From a virus: a stretch of 64,000 nucleotides of DNA. This document shows positions 8,787-18,826 of this stretch, piece by piece. The notes under the pieces are model-generated. The model saw only the letters and a program-made list of their open reading frames with translations, did no database searches and had not been told where the DNA came from. The stretch is taken from the IMG/VR virus record IMGVR_UViG_3300044487_000013, positions 1 to 64,000 of that record. The stretch is one strand, 5' to 3'. Position 1 is the first letter of the stretch. Every line of letters begins with the position of its first letter. The position numbers and the translations under genes were made by a program.

Positions 8787-9335
8787 CTAGTTCTCCTCAG
8801 CCGACGTCGATTGCGAGATCTTCAGGACGCGGCAGCGGGCCAACGAGTTCAGCTTGAGCATCACGACATCGATGCCGAAGTCCCCGAGGGCATCCTGGGC
8901 CGCGTTGCGAAGGTCGGTCTTGATGGTGTCGCGTCGTTGCTTCTCCTGAAGGTCGGCCCAGTCCAGTTTGCAGCAGACCCGATGGAGCACTGTCATCGCG
9001 ATATCAACCGTCGCCGTCGCGGGCGAGTGCGTGCGCGGGACCAGCTTCATCAGGTCCGTCACCTCGTAGGTGATGGTGCCGCTCGCCAGGAACGTCTTAC
9101 CGTCCTTCGACTCCATCGTCTGAGTCTCCAGCCGGTCAGTCTGCCGGGCCATCGGGTACACCACCCATGTCGACGTCCAGGGCCACCACCAGTGGATGCC
9201 AGGCCCGCAGAAGATCGGCTCCGCGCCACCCTTGTACTTGATGGCGCCCTCGGTCGTGTCGAGGATCTCGCGCCGCGGGATGAACCGTCCCAGCCACGCA
9301 GCAATCTGCCCGATCCAAGCGAGGGCGCTTTCCAT
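8787..9335 (-). CDS. hypothetical protein
   Basis: 182 aa. 1-nt gap to the downstream gene. Trp-rich N-terminus. Confidence 0.5.
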   Translation of the reverse strand: MESALAWIGQIAAWLGRFIPRREILDTTEGAIKYKGGAEPIFCGPGIHWWWPWTSTWVVYPMARQTDRLETQTMESKDGKTFLASGTITYEVTDLMKLVPRTHSPATATVDIAMTVLHRVCCKLDWADLQEKQRRDTIKTDLRNAAQDALGDFGIDVVMLKLNSLARCRVLKISQSTSAEEN

Positions 9336-9344
9336 GACGTGCTC

Positions 9345-10031
9345 CTAATTCAGGTGGCAGCCGAGGAACGGGACGCTGCAAGACGTCGGGATCTTCCGGC
9401 TCTCCAGGACGACCAGCCGCGCCTCGTGGTTGTTCAGGGCATCCCGCTGGGCCGCCAGGGTGTCTCCGAGGGCCGCGATGGCGCCCTGCAGCTGGGCCGC
9501 GTAGTCCCGTAGGGCGGCCAGGTTGGCCTCCAGGGCCGCGACCCGCGGTCCCAGGTCAACGCCAGGCGCCGGGGTGGGCGTAGGCTCCGGGGTGGGCGCG
9601 GGCGCCGGGCTGCCGCCGGGGTCGACGGGGTCGACGAAGGGCCGGCCGCCCTTGCCGATGGTCGCGCCGCACGTGACCGCTGCTTCGCCGCTACCGTCCC
9701 GGAGGACGTCGTACATCAGCTGGTCGGCCTTGCTCTCCAGGATATCGCTGGCGACCTTGCCTGCGGGCGAGGCGATGAAGAACCCACTCTCCTTGCGGCT
9801 GAGGCCCCAGCCCGGATGCCGAAACGCGACCGCGTTGAGCATGGCGCCAAGCGGACAAGCGGGGTCGCCTGCCGCCGCACACAGCTTCGTCAGGTCAGCA
9901 GGCAGCGGCTTCCGTGCGTCCTTCAGGTCTTGGCAGATCTCCGCGGGCAGATTTTGCGCGGCGGCAGGCGCGGTCAAAGACAGGGTCATGAGCAGGGCGA
10001 CAGCCGCGCCCCACACGAGATTGCGCTTCAT
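9345..10031 (-). CDS. secreted protein with signal peptide, Pro/Thr linker and C-terminal coiled coil
   Basis: Signal peptide MKRNLVWGAAVALLMTLSLTAPAAAQ. GGGAGG SD. PAPAPTPEPTPTPAPG linker. Heptad-like C-terminus. Confidence 0.55.
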   Translation of the reverse strand: MKRNLVWGAAVALLMTLSLTAPAAAQNLPAEICQDLKDARKPLPADLTKLCAAAGDPACPLGAMLNAVAFRHPGWGLSRKESGFFIASPAGKVASDILESKADQLMYDVLRDGSGEAAVTCGATIGKGGRPFVDPVDPGGSPAPAPTPEPTPTPAPGVDLGPRVAALEANLAALRDYAAQLQGAIAALGDTLAAQRDALNNHEARLVVLESRKIPTSCSVPFLGCHLN

Positions 10032-10044
10032 AGGGAACCTCCCG

Positions 10045-10308
10045 TTACAGTTTGCCAGTCGAGAGCAGACGCGGTATGTGAACAAAGACGACGTCCACGA
10101 TAGCACCGAAGACCGCAGCGAGCAACGTGGTCCCGAGCCAGATCACGGTCTTCCGGTGGCTCTCCAAGGTCACGATCCGGGTGTTGTGCTCACCTTGCGT
10201 CGTCTTGATGCCGTCAATCTTCTCAGAGAGTTCCTTGTGATCGGCTCGCTGCTCTTGGCGCATCTCCGACAAGAACTCCTGCAGGTCGAATTGAACCCCG
10301 GCGCCCAT
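10045..10308 (-). CDS. small membrane protein (N-terminal coiled coil, C-terminal TM helix)
   Basis: C-terminal TM segment IWLGTTLLAAVFGAIVDVVFV. 87 aa. Possible holin-like protein. Confidence 0.5.
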   Translation of the reverse strand: MGAGVQFDLQEFLSEMRQEQRADHKELSEKIDGIKTTQGEHNTRIVTLESHRKTVIWLGTTLLAAVFGAIVDVVFVHIPRLLSTGKL

Positions 10309-10323
10309 AAGCCACTCCCGATC

Positions 10324-13300
10324 CTAGAAGGTTGAACAAAAGATCCGGCTCACTTTCAAGTTGACCACCGGAGTGCTGCTCAACACTCCGGTGCAGGGGA
10401 AGAGTGACACGCTGCTGCTGAAGGTCGACGGAATCGAAACCGTACCTTCGGTCACCAGGCCCGTTCCCACTGCGACGATAGTCCACTTAACTGAGTAGCC
10501 TGACACGTCCAACCGCAGACGATAATGTTCGGAGGTGGCATTAAAGGCCACTCCGGTGTCGGTGTCGTATTGCGTCGAGCCGTCGTGAACGCAGATTGCG
10601 AAGTTCCCAGTGTTCGAATTAACTCGGAACATTATACCAGCTGCCGGCATTTTGTCTGAGAACGTCGTGAACGTAGTCGGGCTGGCGGTCAGCCCGGCAA
10701 AGATCTTCCCACTGACCAACGTCGTCGGCGGCCCAATCCGTGTGAAGAACACGATCGGCCCGTACCTCAGCTGGGTGAAGTCGGTATTCGTGGTGACACG
10801 AGCGAAGTCCACGCCAGCACCGTTCGTACCCAGCTTGAAATAACGCGCGTCGGTCTGCGAGTCAGCATCCGTACCGTTGTTGGCGCCGGCCGAGGCGACT
10901 GCGACGCCGTAGCTCGACGTGGTGGCGCCGCTTGACACCTGCCAGGCGAATATACGCTTCTCGACAAAGTCGTCCACGTCCAGTTCGTTCGTGGTCGACG
11001 TGTTCTCTACCACCCCACCGAACTGCGAGCCGGTATCGTTGATGCTCTTCTGCAGGATCTTCAGGAGCAGATCCGACAGTTCGAACTTGACTGAGGACGC
11101 ATGCACGGTATAACGCGGCAGCAGCTGGTCCGACTCGTCATGGATCTGATCGATCGTGACGTCCTGGATCAGGAACTGACCCTTGCACGGTGGGTCCGAT
11201 AGGTCGATGTTGACCACCCGGCCCGGCGCCGAGTTCGGATCCCGCGTGGCGTAGTTCACGCTGACGATCGGCCAGGCGAACAATTCCAGTTCCGCCTGCG
11301 CCCGCATGTACAGCTGGAAGGGTGTGCTCAACGACGTGTCGATGATCGTGTACTCGTGAACGCCATCGGTCGGCTTGCCGTCCTTATCGAGTTCGATCAG
11401 CGAGATGGCCCGCTGCGACGAGATATCGTCGGCCTGGTAGAACAGGTTCACGGAGGTGCCGGAATCGACCGGGAAGACCAGAGCATCCTGCAGCAGGATG
11501 GAGCCTGGGCCGGACGGGGCGGTCACCCCGCTGTAGTTCAGCTTCTGGTAATTCGCCCACACCATTCCAGTGCCGCGGGCGAAGTACGTCGTATCCGCGA
11601 CGTTGAGGACCGTGCCGCCGGCAGCCGTCGCGGCAGTCGTGACCGTGCCTGCGCCGCGCACGTAGACCCGGTTACGCAGCTGCGACATGTCGGACGTCGA
11701 CCGAAACGCAGGCTGCATCAACAGCAGCGTCGAGGCCGTATCGTCGTCAATATCCGAGGGCTGCGGCAGCGAGTCCTCGGGGTTCGGGCCGTCGTCGTTC
11801 GGCCAGGAGACGACGTCGACCGGGGCGTTCGAGTTCGTCCGCGGCTGCAGAGCGCCAAGGCTCCAGCCGACGTACGGAGTCGACGTCGTGGTGTTATCCG
11901 CAACGATATAGCTGAGGACCACGTTGTGCGGGGTCCAATCCGGGTCGACCGCCGTGCCGCCATTGCCGGCCAGCAGGAAGTCCAGGTCGCTGTAGCCGAT
12001 GACCTGCGCCAGGCTGTCATAGGTGGTCGGCACGTCGTTCATCGCCTGCAGAGCGTCCGCATCGCCGTAGCCAATGATGGACCCGTACGCGCTATGCAGC
12101 GTGCCGGCGGCCTTGGCGACGCGAAGTTCCGCAACGATCTGCGCCAGCGTCTTGCGGTTCGGCGGGTTCGACCACGCCATGTAGATCAGCCGGGCGATGC
12201 ACGGAACGCCGTTGATCGTCGGACCGATCGGCAAACCCTGGAGCGTGCTGTAGTGGTTGCCGTCCGAACTCACGGCGTTCGACGCGGGCGTGGGCAGCGA
12301 CTCCGTGCCGTCCTGGTAGAGGAACGACACCTTGAACGCCACGATGCCGCCGGAGATCGACGTCACTCCGAACGACGTCATCGGCGGAGGCGGCAGCTGC
12401 ATCAGGCCGCCGTTCGAACCAACCGCAGAAGGCCCGAGGGCCGCGCCTGCCGGCGGAGCGACGTAGGCGAACGCAGGCCGCACTACCGTCGACGCGATCG
12501 TCGTGACCACCGAACTGCTCGCGCCTTGGACGACGTTGGACGAGAAGGATCCCAGCGTGAACGACGTCGTCGTGTTATCGCCAACCTCGCACACCGGGGT
12601 CCAATCCGTCAGACCTCCGCCGGTCGTGTAGATGCGGCACCAGATGCGGCGCGCGGTCACCGTATGGTTGCCGACGTCAGTACCAACCGGGACCGTCGAG
12701 AAGTTGAAGCTGTGCGTCGAGTCGATCGGCAGCAGCGTGACCGGACCGAGGGCCGACTGTATGGCCCCGTCGAACACGTTGGTCATCGCGAACTCGTACC
12801 AGCCGTGCGCGTGCGAGGTGTAGACTGCCGTGAACGCGCCATAGTCTGACACAACCAGCGGGGTCTGCGGCGCCCCGGTCAGCGGGGTATGCACCGTCGA
12901 ACTCGGCTGCGCCGGTAGGATGATGCCGGTCGGCACGATATGAAAGAAGTGCAGGACCTGGTTGAAGTCGACGTACCAGTGTCCTCCGCCGATGGCCTCG
13001 GCCAGCTGATTCAGGCACGATGAAAAGTTCTGCGACCCGTCGAAGAAGACCGTGATCTTCGCCAGGTTGTTCTGCACGTACGTCGTGCCGAAGCCAGGCG
13101 CGAACCTGGCAATCAGGTCACGGACGATCTCGGAGACTGACACCTGCAGGTACCGCCCGACCGGATAGTACTTGTTCAGTAGGAACGTCCAGTCGATCAC
13201 GTTGACGTCCCACCGCAGCTGGTCGACCTGCTCCTCGTAGTTCTGCGACCAGCTTTGAACCAGGCCGCGGAACAGCAGGCGGTCGCCGTCATCAGGGTCC

Positions 13301-13815
13301 GTGATCTCGAACGTCTCTCCATTCGAGGGCGGATTGCTGTTGCCGTCGATCGACACACTGGCCGTGCTCGCCTGGTTGTTCAGCGGGCGCCGTATGGTCA
13401 CGCCAGGCAGCCGGCGGAAGTCCTCGCCGCGCGTCAGCAGCGTGAACTTGTAGCCATTCCGGAACGTCGAGTCCGCGCCTGAGAGGGCGACCGCGTAGCA
13501 GAGCGGAACGGTCGTCACGGACGCGCCATGCGTGACGGTGACGGTCCGAGTCGTCACGGCCGCGAGGGCATCGATCGTGATCGTCACCTTCAGCTTGGTC
13601 GCGGACACCATCGAGACTGAATTGACCGTGATGCCGGCTCCGCTGAAGGCCACCACCTCGGTGCCGTCCCAGGCTTCGCCCTCGGACGCGACGAAGACGT
13701 AATGGACGTAGCCGCGGACGCCAACGGTCGGGTAGACCGAGGAGTCTTCGCGGAGCAGGTAAGACCCATCCTCCAGGAGGAGAGCGTCGCCGTTTTCCTG
13801 GCGCAGTATCGACAT
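10324..13815 (-). CDS. tail tip / host-specificity protein (lambda J-like, 1163 aa)
   Basis: Size and position after the minor tail genes. N-terminal Ig-like repeats. Confidence 0.7.
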   Translation of the reverse strand: MSILRQENGDALLLEDGSYLLREDSSVYPTVGVRGYVHYVFVASEGEAWDGTEVVAFSGAGITVNSVSMVSATKLKVTITIDALAAVTTRTVTVTHGASVTTVPLCYAVALSGADSTFRNGYKFTLLTRGEDFRRLPGVTIRRPLNNQASTASVSIDGNSNPPSNGETFEITDPDDGDRLLFRGLVQSWSQNYEEQVDQLRWDVNVIDWTFLLNKYYPVGRYLQVSVSEIVRDLIARFAPGFGTTYVQNNLAKITVFFDGSQNFSSCLNQLAEAIGGGHWYVDFNQVLHFFHIVPTGIILPAQPSSTVHTPLTGAPQTPLVVSDYGAFTAVYTSHAHGWYEFAMTNVFDGAIQSALGPVTLLPIDSTHSFNFSTVPVGTDVGNHTVTARRIWCRIYTTGGGLTDWTPVCEVGDNTTTSFTLGSFSSNVVQGASSSVVTTIASTVVRPAFAYVAPPAGAALGPSAVGSNGGLMQLPPPPMTSFGVTSISGGIVAFKVSFLYQDGTESLPTPASNAVSSDGNHYSTLQGLPIGPTINGVPCIARLIYMAWSNPPNRKTLAQIVAELRVAKAAGTLHSAYGSIIGYGDADALQAMNDVPTTYDSLAQVIGYSDLDFLLAGNGGTAVDPDWTPHNVVLSYIVADNTTTSTPYVGWSLGALQPRTNSNAPVDVVSWPNDDGPNPEDSLPQPSDIDDDTASTLLLMQPAFRSTSDMSQLRNRVYVRGAGTVTTAATAAGGTVLNVADTTYFARGTGMVWANYQKLNYSGVTAPSGPGSILLQDALVFPVDSGTSVNLFYQADDISSQRAISLIELDKDGKPTDGVHEYTIIDTSLSTPFQLYMRAQAELELFAWPIVSVNYATRDPNSAPGRVVNIDLSDPPCKGQFLIQDVTIDQIHDESDQLLPRYTVHASSVKFELSDLLLKILQKSINDTGSQFGGVVENTSTTNELDVDDFVEKRIFAWQVSSGATTSSYGVAVASAGANNGTDADSQTDARYFKLGTNGAGVDFARVTTNTDFTQLRYGPIVFFTRIGPPTTLVSGKIFAGLTASPTTFTTFSDKMPAAGIMFRVNSNTGNFAICVHDGSTQYDTDTGVAFNATSEHYRLRLDVSGYSVKWTIVAVGTGLVTEGTVSIPSTFSSSVSLFPCTGVLSSTPVVNLKVSRIFCSTF

Positions 13816-13821
13816 GATGTC

Positions 13822-14391
13822 CTACCGGGCGAAAACGTAGCCGGTGCCGCCGTTCATGTTGCCAGCCGATGGCAGGACGCGAACTGCTGTGATAGCGTTC
13901 GCGGTCGGGATGCACCAGAGGCCGACCGAGTCCACTGAGAAGAACATACCGCGTCCCCACTTCGGTCCGGTGAGATTGATGCCCTCGATCAGCAGTTCGC
14001 CGGTGCGCGCGGCAGTCGCGGCGGTATTCCAGAACTGCATCTGCGCCGCGTTCGTCTCGACGCCAGTCGTTCCGGAGATGCCGAGGTAGTCGCCCGAGGA
14101 CGCCAGGAAGGTGGCGCCGTTGTCGATGCTGGCCCGCGCCTGATACACACCGCTCGATGACAGCGTGCCGCCCTTGATGAGGATCCGGACCTCGTTGTAC
14201 CCGGCCAAGCCGGCCGTGTCCCAGGTCGTGTCGCCAGCAAAGACCTTGCTATTGATCAGGGTCCAGCGGGAAAGGGCCAGGACGTTCAGGATCGACACCT
14301 TCTTCGTGCTGCCACCATCCACGACCGCGAGGTAATCACCCGTCACCGGGCTGACCACTTCAGTGAGATTAGAGATCTTGCTATCAGCCAT
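13822..14391 (-). CDS. minor tail / fiber-like protein
   Basis: Position between the TMP-distal genes and the J-like gene. 189 aa. Confidence 0.45.
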   Translation of the reverse strand: MADSKISNLTEVVSPVTGDYLAVVDGGSTKKVSILNVLALSRWTLINSKVFAGDTTWDTAGLAGYNEVRILIKGGTLSSSGVYQARASIDNGATFLASSGDYLGISGTTGVETNAAQMQFWNTAATAARTGELLIEGINLTGPKWGRGMFFSVDSVGLWCIPTANAITAVRVLPSAGNMNGGTGYVFAR

Positions 14392-14400
14392 GATGACCCT

Positions 14401-14955
14401 CTAGACGAACGGTTCGATGATATCCACGTCCACAAACCCCGCAGCGTGGTTCGGGGTCGTGCATTCAATATGCTGGTCGTCAATGACAACCACGTCGGTC
14501 GCTTCCGATCCGCCGAAGAGGATCACCGACCCGGCCACGAAGTTGAAACCCTCGATGAGGACGTCCGTCCCGCCAGCGAAGGACCCGAAGGGTGGAGTGA
14601 TCCGAGTAATCGTCGCCGCGTAATAGGTGAAGGCGCCGTAGAGTGTCCCGCTCTGGCTCCCGCGCGTCACGATCACGTCGAACAGGCCAGCCTCGGTTGA
14701 TGCCGCGGTCACGCACGTAATCGTGTTGGAGTCTACCACCACGACGCTAGTCGCAGCCAGGCTACCGATCGTAACCGTGGGTGCGGACCCGTCCGCGTTG
14801 TTGGCGAAGTTAAAACCAGAGATGGTGACTGCCGTACCTCCAGTGGTACGGCAGGCATTCGGGGTTAGCGAAACCAGCTTTGGCTGCGTCTCGATTGCCA
14901 GCCGGCGCCGGCCCAAGTCCGTATTGGGCCGGAGCGGGATCTCTTGGTTCGGCAT
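14401..14955 (-). CDS. minor tail protein with two IPT/TIG (Ig-like) domains
   Basis: Two repeats of the PxxGxxxGGTxVxIxGxNF motif. Confidence 0.5.
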   Translation of the reverse strand: MPNQEIPLRPNTDLGRRRLAIETQPKLVSLTPNACRTTGGTAVTISGFNFANNADGSAPTVTIGSLAATSVVVVDSNTITCVTAASTEAGLFDVIVTRGSQSGTLYGAFTYYAATITRITPPFGSFAGGTDVLIEGFNFVAGSVILFGGSEATDVVVIDDQHIECTTPNHAAGFVDVDIIEPFV

Positions 14956-14958
14956 GGC

Positions 14959-15513
14959 TTAGTTCTTCGACTCCAGCATGTACTGATGGAGCGTCATCGA
15001 GCCGGTCGCGACCGTCTGCGTGAAGAACATGTCAACCTGCTGCGAGGCCGTCGAGTCGAAGTTCGTGCCTACCGCGGGCGCCGAGTTCCACGGCAGGATG
15101 GCCGTCAGGCATCCCTTCGGAGCCGATGCGGGCACCCCGAGAATGTCCTCACAGGTCCACCGGCCCTGGCCGATCAGGTTAGCTGAGGCGCCGACCGCGC
15201 GAACCGTGAGCAGGATCTCCAACTCGAAACCGACGTTGGTGTGCGCGGCCACCGTGTCGAGCAGGACGGCCAGCCCGTCGAAGACCACCGTGCCGCCAAA
15301 GCGCACGTCGAAACGCGCCGTGCCAGGCGTGGTGATCAAAGACGAGATGCGCCCCGTGGCCTTGATCAGCAGCTGCTGACCGAGGTTCGCCAGGAAGTTC
15401 GCCGGCAGAGTGTACTTCGCCGCGGCCGGTATAGCCGACGCGGCAGCTGCGGCAGTCAGGGCTGTACCGTCAACCTGCGACGAGACAAGAACTTGAGAGT
15501 AAGACAGCTGCAT
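14959..15513 (-). CDS. minor tail protein (distal tail protein candidate)
   Basis: Immediately downstream of the tape measure gene. 184 aa. Confidence 0.5.
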   Translation of the reverse strand: MQLSYSQVLVSSQVDGTALTAAAAASAIPAAAKYTLPANFLANLGQQLLIKATGRISSLITTPGTARFDVRFGGTVVFDGLAVLLDTVAAHTNVGFELEILLTVRAVGASANLIGQGRWTCEDILGVPASAPKGCLTAILPWNSAPAVGTNFDSTASQQVDMFFTQTVATGSMTLHQYMLESKN

Positions 15514-15524
15514 GACCGATCTCC

Positions 15525-18023
15525 TTATCGCGCACCGAACTGCTGGTGCATTTTGAGCGTTCGCATGATCTCATCCGCGACCTGCCGGGCAACGTCCGCG
15601 GCAGTCCCGTTGATATGGTTCGTGATCTGAATCCCACCGCCACCGGGACCAGCGACTCCGGTGTTCCCGATAGGCGTGATGATCTCCTTACCATGGAGCA
15701 TTGCCAGGGTGCCCGACCCGAAGTCTCCCGACCCGCCGTTGGCGAAGGACGGAATGGGGCCGCCGGAACCGCCGTTCTTGAATCCAGCGTACAGGTCGAT
15801 AATGCCCTGCTCGATCATCTGCTGGAGCGTCATACCCTTTTTCGCCATTGCCATCAGCTGCTGGTCGCTCGCGCCGACGTAGGCTGAAGGGTTCATCTCG
15901 TGGAACTTCTTCACGCCCTCGGCAGTCGTCAGGTCATAGCTCATCGACCCGCCGCTCAGCTGCCGTGCCTCGTATTCCTTCAGCGTCAGCACCTCGCCCG
16001 CCAGGGTCCGAACCTTTTCGGTGTCCTTGTCGATCGAGAACCCGACCTCGCCCCAGGTGTCGCGCATCATCTTCAGATGCTCGATCTCTTCCCTGGCCGC
16101 CTCGATATCAGCCTGCTTGTACTGATCCCGGTGGGCAATCATACGGTCGAAGGTCTCTTGAGCCTGCTCCAGCTGCTGCTCCAGATGCGCCTTCGAGCGG
16201 GTATCCTTGGCTACCTCGGCGTCCTCGTAATTCTTCTCGTCAGCCTTGTAGAGCGCCCACACGTCGTCGTAGTACTTCTCTTCCACGACGCCAGCATCGG
16301 ACAACTTCTGCACGAGCGCTTCGTACTTCGCCTCTTCCTTGATCTTGAACTTCTGCAGGTCGGTGGCGCCGATGGCCGCCTGCTCCTGGTACATTGCGTT
16401 CCAGGCTGCGCTCAGAGCGTCGACCGCCTTGATCTGCTCCTCGCTCGCCTTCTTCATCTGGTTGACAGCGTCGATCTCAGCCTTCGTCAGGTTCGGGAAG
16501 GCCGCGGCCAGCTTGTCGACCGCAACGCCAGCGTCCAGGTAGTACTTAATCGTCGCAATCTGCTCCGGCTCCATACCGGCCAGCGTATCCTTGTAGGTCG
16601 ATCCGGTGATCGACAGGTCCCGCCAGGCCTCGTTGTACGCCTTCAACTCGCTGGTCGACAGACGCAGGTTGTTCCCGAGGTGAGCCTCGGCGTTCGCGTG
16701 GCCCTCGGTGGCGTCGCCGGCATCGTGATGCTGCTTCGCGTTTTCCGCGGTCGCGTCCGTGTTCTGATCGATCGAGGCCTTGGCGTCGACCATCTTCAGG
16801 CGGATGGCTTCAATCTGGTCCTTGACCTTGCCGGTGGCAACTGCCCAGTCTTCCTCTGCCTGCTTGTCCTTGGCAATCGAGGCAGCCCGCTCCATCATGC
16901 GCTGTTCGAGGTTGGCAAGTTCGTCATCGATCCGCTTGACGTCCTCGGTGGCGCCGGGGATATGAAGGATCTCCAGGAACTCAGCAACCGCCTTCGACGC
17001 CAGCTTGAACGCCAGGATATCGCCGTCGATGATCTGCGCGATATCCTTAAACACGACCTTCGCCGCGTTCCATTCGACGCCCACGACGCCGACCGAGTCG
17101 ACCACCACCTCCGCGAAGCTGAGGGCCTCGATGGTCGCGTCATCGATCGCGTTCGCGACCGTGCGGACGGCCTTTTCCTGCGATCCACCGAACGCCTCGG
17201 AGATGGCATCGCGGATGCCGTCAAAGCCCGCGATGATGACCGGGGAGGTGGCGACAGTCTTGGCCAGTTCCTCTTTGAAATTGGCCCAGACAGTCTGTGC
17301 CTGGGCTACCTTTTCGTCCAGGCCGTCCGTCTGATCACCGATACGCTCGATCGCTGCGCCCACCTTTTCGAGGATGGCGACGCGAGCGGACTCCAGCTTC
17401 TCGTCCGCGGTCAGGCGATCGGAGGTCGTACTCAACTTGTCCGCATACCGCTCTTCGGCCGCGGCCAGGTCGATCTTGCCGAACTGCAGAGCGATAGCGC
17501 GGGTCCGACCCGTCAGCATCGCATCGTTCATCGTATCGAGGGCCTGCTTGACGTCGACGCCAGTCGCCTGCGCGAGTGCGAACGCACCCTTCGATAGTGT
17601 CTTGAACTGTTCGTCAGTGAGGTTCATGCCGGCGGCCAGGTCCTGGTTCGCCAGCTTCATGATCTGGAAGTCGTTGATCGTGTTGTGCGTGCCCTCGCGG
17701 ACCGCATCCAGGAGGGTTTCGCCCAAGCGGCCGGCTGCCTCAGTGAGGTGGTCGAAGTTACCCTCGACGTCTGCGATGACCGCGCCCTCGATCGTCAGTT
17801 CCTTGAACGTCTCGACCGCGAGTTCGGCAACCTTCTTGATGCCCTCAAGAGCAGCCTCGGCCGTGAAGAACCCTGCGGCCGACTCTGCGACGTGATGGCC
17901 GAACCCGCCAAACTTCTCGTCCAAGGCATCGATCTTGTGCCCGAGGATCTCCAGGACACCGGACATGTCATCACGGAGTTCGACCCTCCCAGACAGTGAT
18001 CCAATGTCGAGACCTTCGGCCAT
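15525..18023 (-). CDS. tail tape measure protein (832 aa)
   Basis: Long alpha-helical, Ala/Glu/Lys-rich protein. Gly-rich C-terminus. Follows the G/GT chaperone genes. Confidence 0.85.
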   Translation of the reverse strand: MAEGLDIGSLSGRVELRDDMSGVLEILGHKIDALDEKFGGFGHHVAESAAGFFTAEAALEGIKKVAELAVETFKELTIEGAVIADVEGNFDHLTEAAGRLGETLLDAVREGTHNTINDFQIMKLANQDLAAGMNLTDEQFKTLSKGAFALAQATGVDVKQALDTMNDAMLTGRTRAIALQFGKIDLAAAEERYADKLSTTSDRLTADEKLESARVAILEKVGAAIERIGDQTDGLDEKVAQAQTVWANFKEELAKTVATSPVIIAGFDGIRDAISEAFGGSQEKAVRTVANAIDDATIEALSFAEVVVDSVGVVGVEWNAAKVVFKDIAQIIDGDILAFKLASKAVAEFLEILHIPGATEDVKRIDDELANLEQRMMERAASIAKDKQAEEDWAVATGKVKDQIEAIRLKMVDAKASIDQNTDATAENAKQHHDAGDATEGHANAEAHLGNNLRLSTSELKAYNEAWRDLSITGSTYKDTLAGMEPEQIATIKYYLDAGVAVDKLAAAFPNLTKAEIDAVNQMKKASEEQIKAVDALSAAWNAMYQEQAAIGATDLQKFKIKEEAKYEALVQKLSDAGVVEEKYYDDVWALYKADEKNYEDAEVAKDTRSKAHLEQQLEQAQETFDRMIAHRDQYKQADIEAAREEIEHLKMMRDTWGEVGFSIDKDTEKVRTLAGEVLTLKEYEARQLSGGSMSYDLTTAEGVKKFHEMNPSAYVGASDQQLMAMAKKGMTLQQMIEQGIIDLYAGFKNGGSGGPIPSFANGGSGDFGSGTLAMLHGKEIITPIGNTGVAGPGGGGIQITNHINGTAADVARQVADEIMRTLKMHQQFGAR

Positions 18024-18025
18024 GA

Positions 18026-18456
18026 CTAACGCCTCTTCTTCTTTTTGGCTTCATCGGCCCTGGACACAGCAGCGAACGCCTGCGCGATGAACTTCTGCTG
18101 CTGCCAGGTCTGCCCACCTCCATCCCTCCGAGATTGCTCCGCCGGTGCTCGTGGCGCTTCACCCGGTGCCCGTTTCGGCTTAGGTGTGAAGTCGAGCAAG
18201 AAGTCGCGCGGTTGAAACTTGAGATCGACCTGTCCGGTACGGATGAGAACTGCAGCGTTCATCATCATAGCGGATATCATGCCGGCTTGCCAGTCAGCAC
18301 GCAGGCCGCCGATCGGTTCAACCTTGTCGAACTCCAGCCAGTCCTGGAACTGGGTCCAGGGCATGCGCCGAAGCATGGCCCGTACGTTCGGCTCGCCTAG
18401 TTCGAGGGCGAGTCGGTGGGCGAACCGCCAGAGGCCGTGGGCGCTTCGCCGGGTTC
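18026..18456 (-). CDS. tail assembly chaperone T domain (expressed as a G-T fusion by -1 frameshift)
   Basis: T-like sequence MPWTQFQDWLEFDKVEPIGG. This frame is open across the 3' end of the G gene. Slippery A_AAA_AAC at 18457-18463 on the minus strand. Confidence 0.55.
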
Positions 18457-18813
18457 GTTTTTTGCCGGCGCTTTCCCGAGAACGATGCCGTTCACAGCGA
18501 AGGACGCGTCGATGAGCGGGCCGTTCTCCTTGGTCGAGCGCCGCTTGAACGCCTCGATAGCGGCCGGCAGGTTTTCTTTCTCGATGCGGCTGCCGTCCGG
18601 GTTCACGATGCAGCGTACCAGGAGCCGGATGCCCTTGAACCGACGCTGTTCCTTGTCCTCGCTATCGTTTTCCTTCAGCCAGTCGAGGATGCCCTCGGAC
18701 GTCGCGACGGCCACCTTGACCGTGCCGCGCTTTGTCTCGACCAGGACGTAATCCACGTCCTCGTCCGGGTTCCGAGTCAGTTCATCGAAGGTCACTGTTG
18801 CGTTGCCGTTCAT
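18397..18813 (-). CDS. tail assembly chaperone G
   Basis: Start MNGNATVTF preceded by GGAGGA. Immediately upstream of the tape measure gene. Acidic. Confidence 0.6.
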   Translation of the reverse strand: MNGNATVTFDELTRNPDEDVDYVLVETKRGTVKVAVATSEGILDWLKENDSEDKEQRRFKGIRLLVRCIVNPDGSRIEKENLPAAIEAFKRRSTKENGPLIDASFAVNGIVLGKAPAKNEPGEAPTASGGSPTDSPSN

Positions 18814-18826
18814 ACCAATCCTCCAG

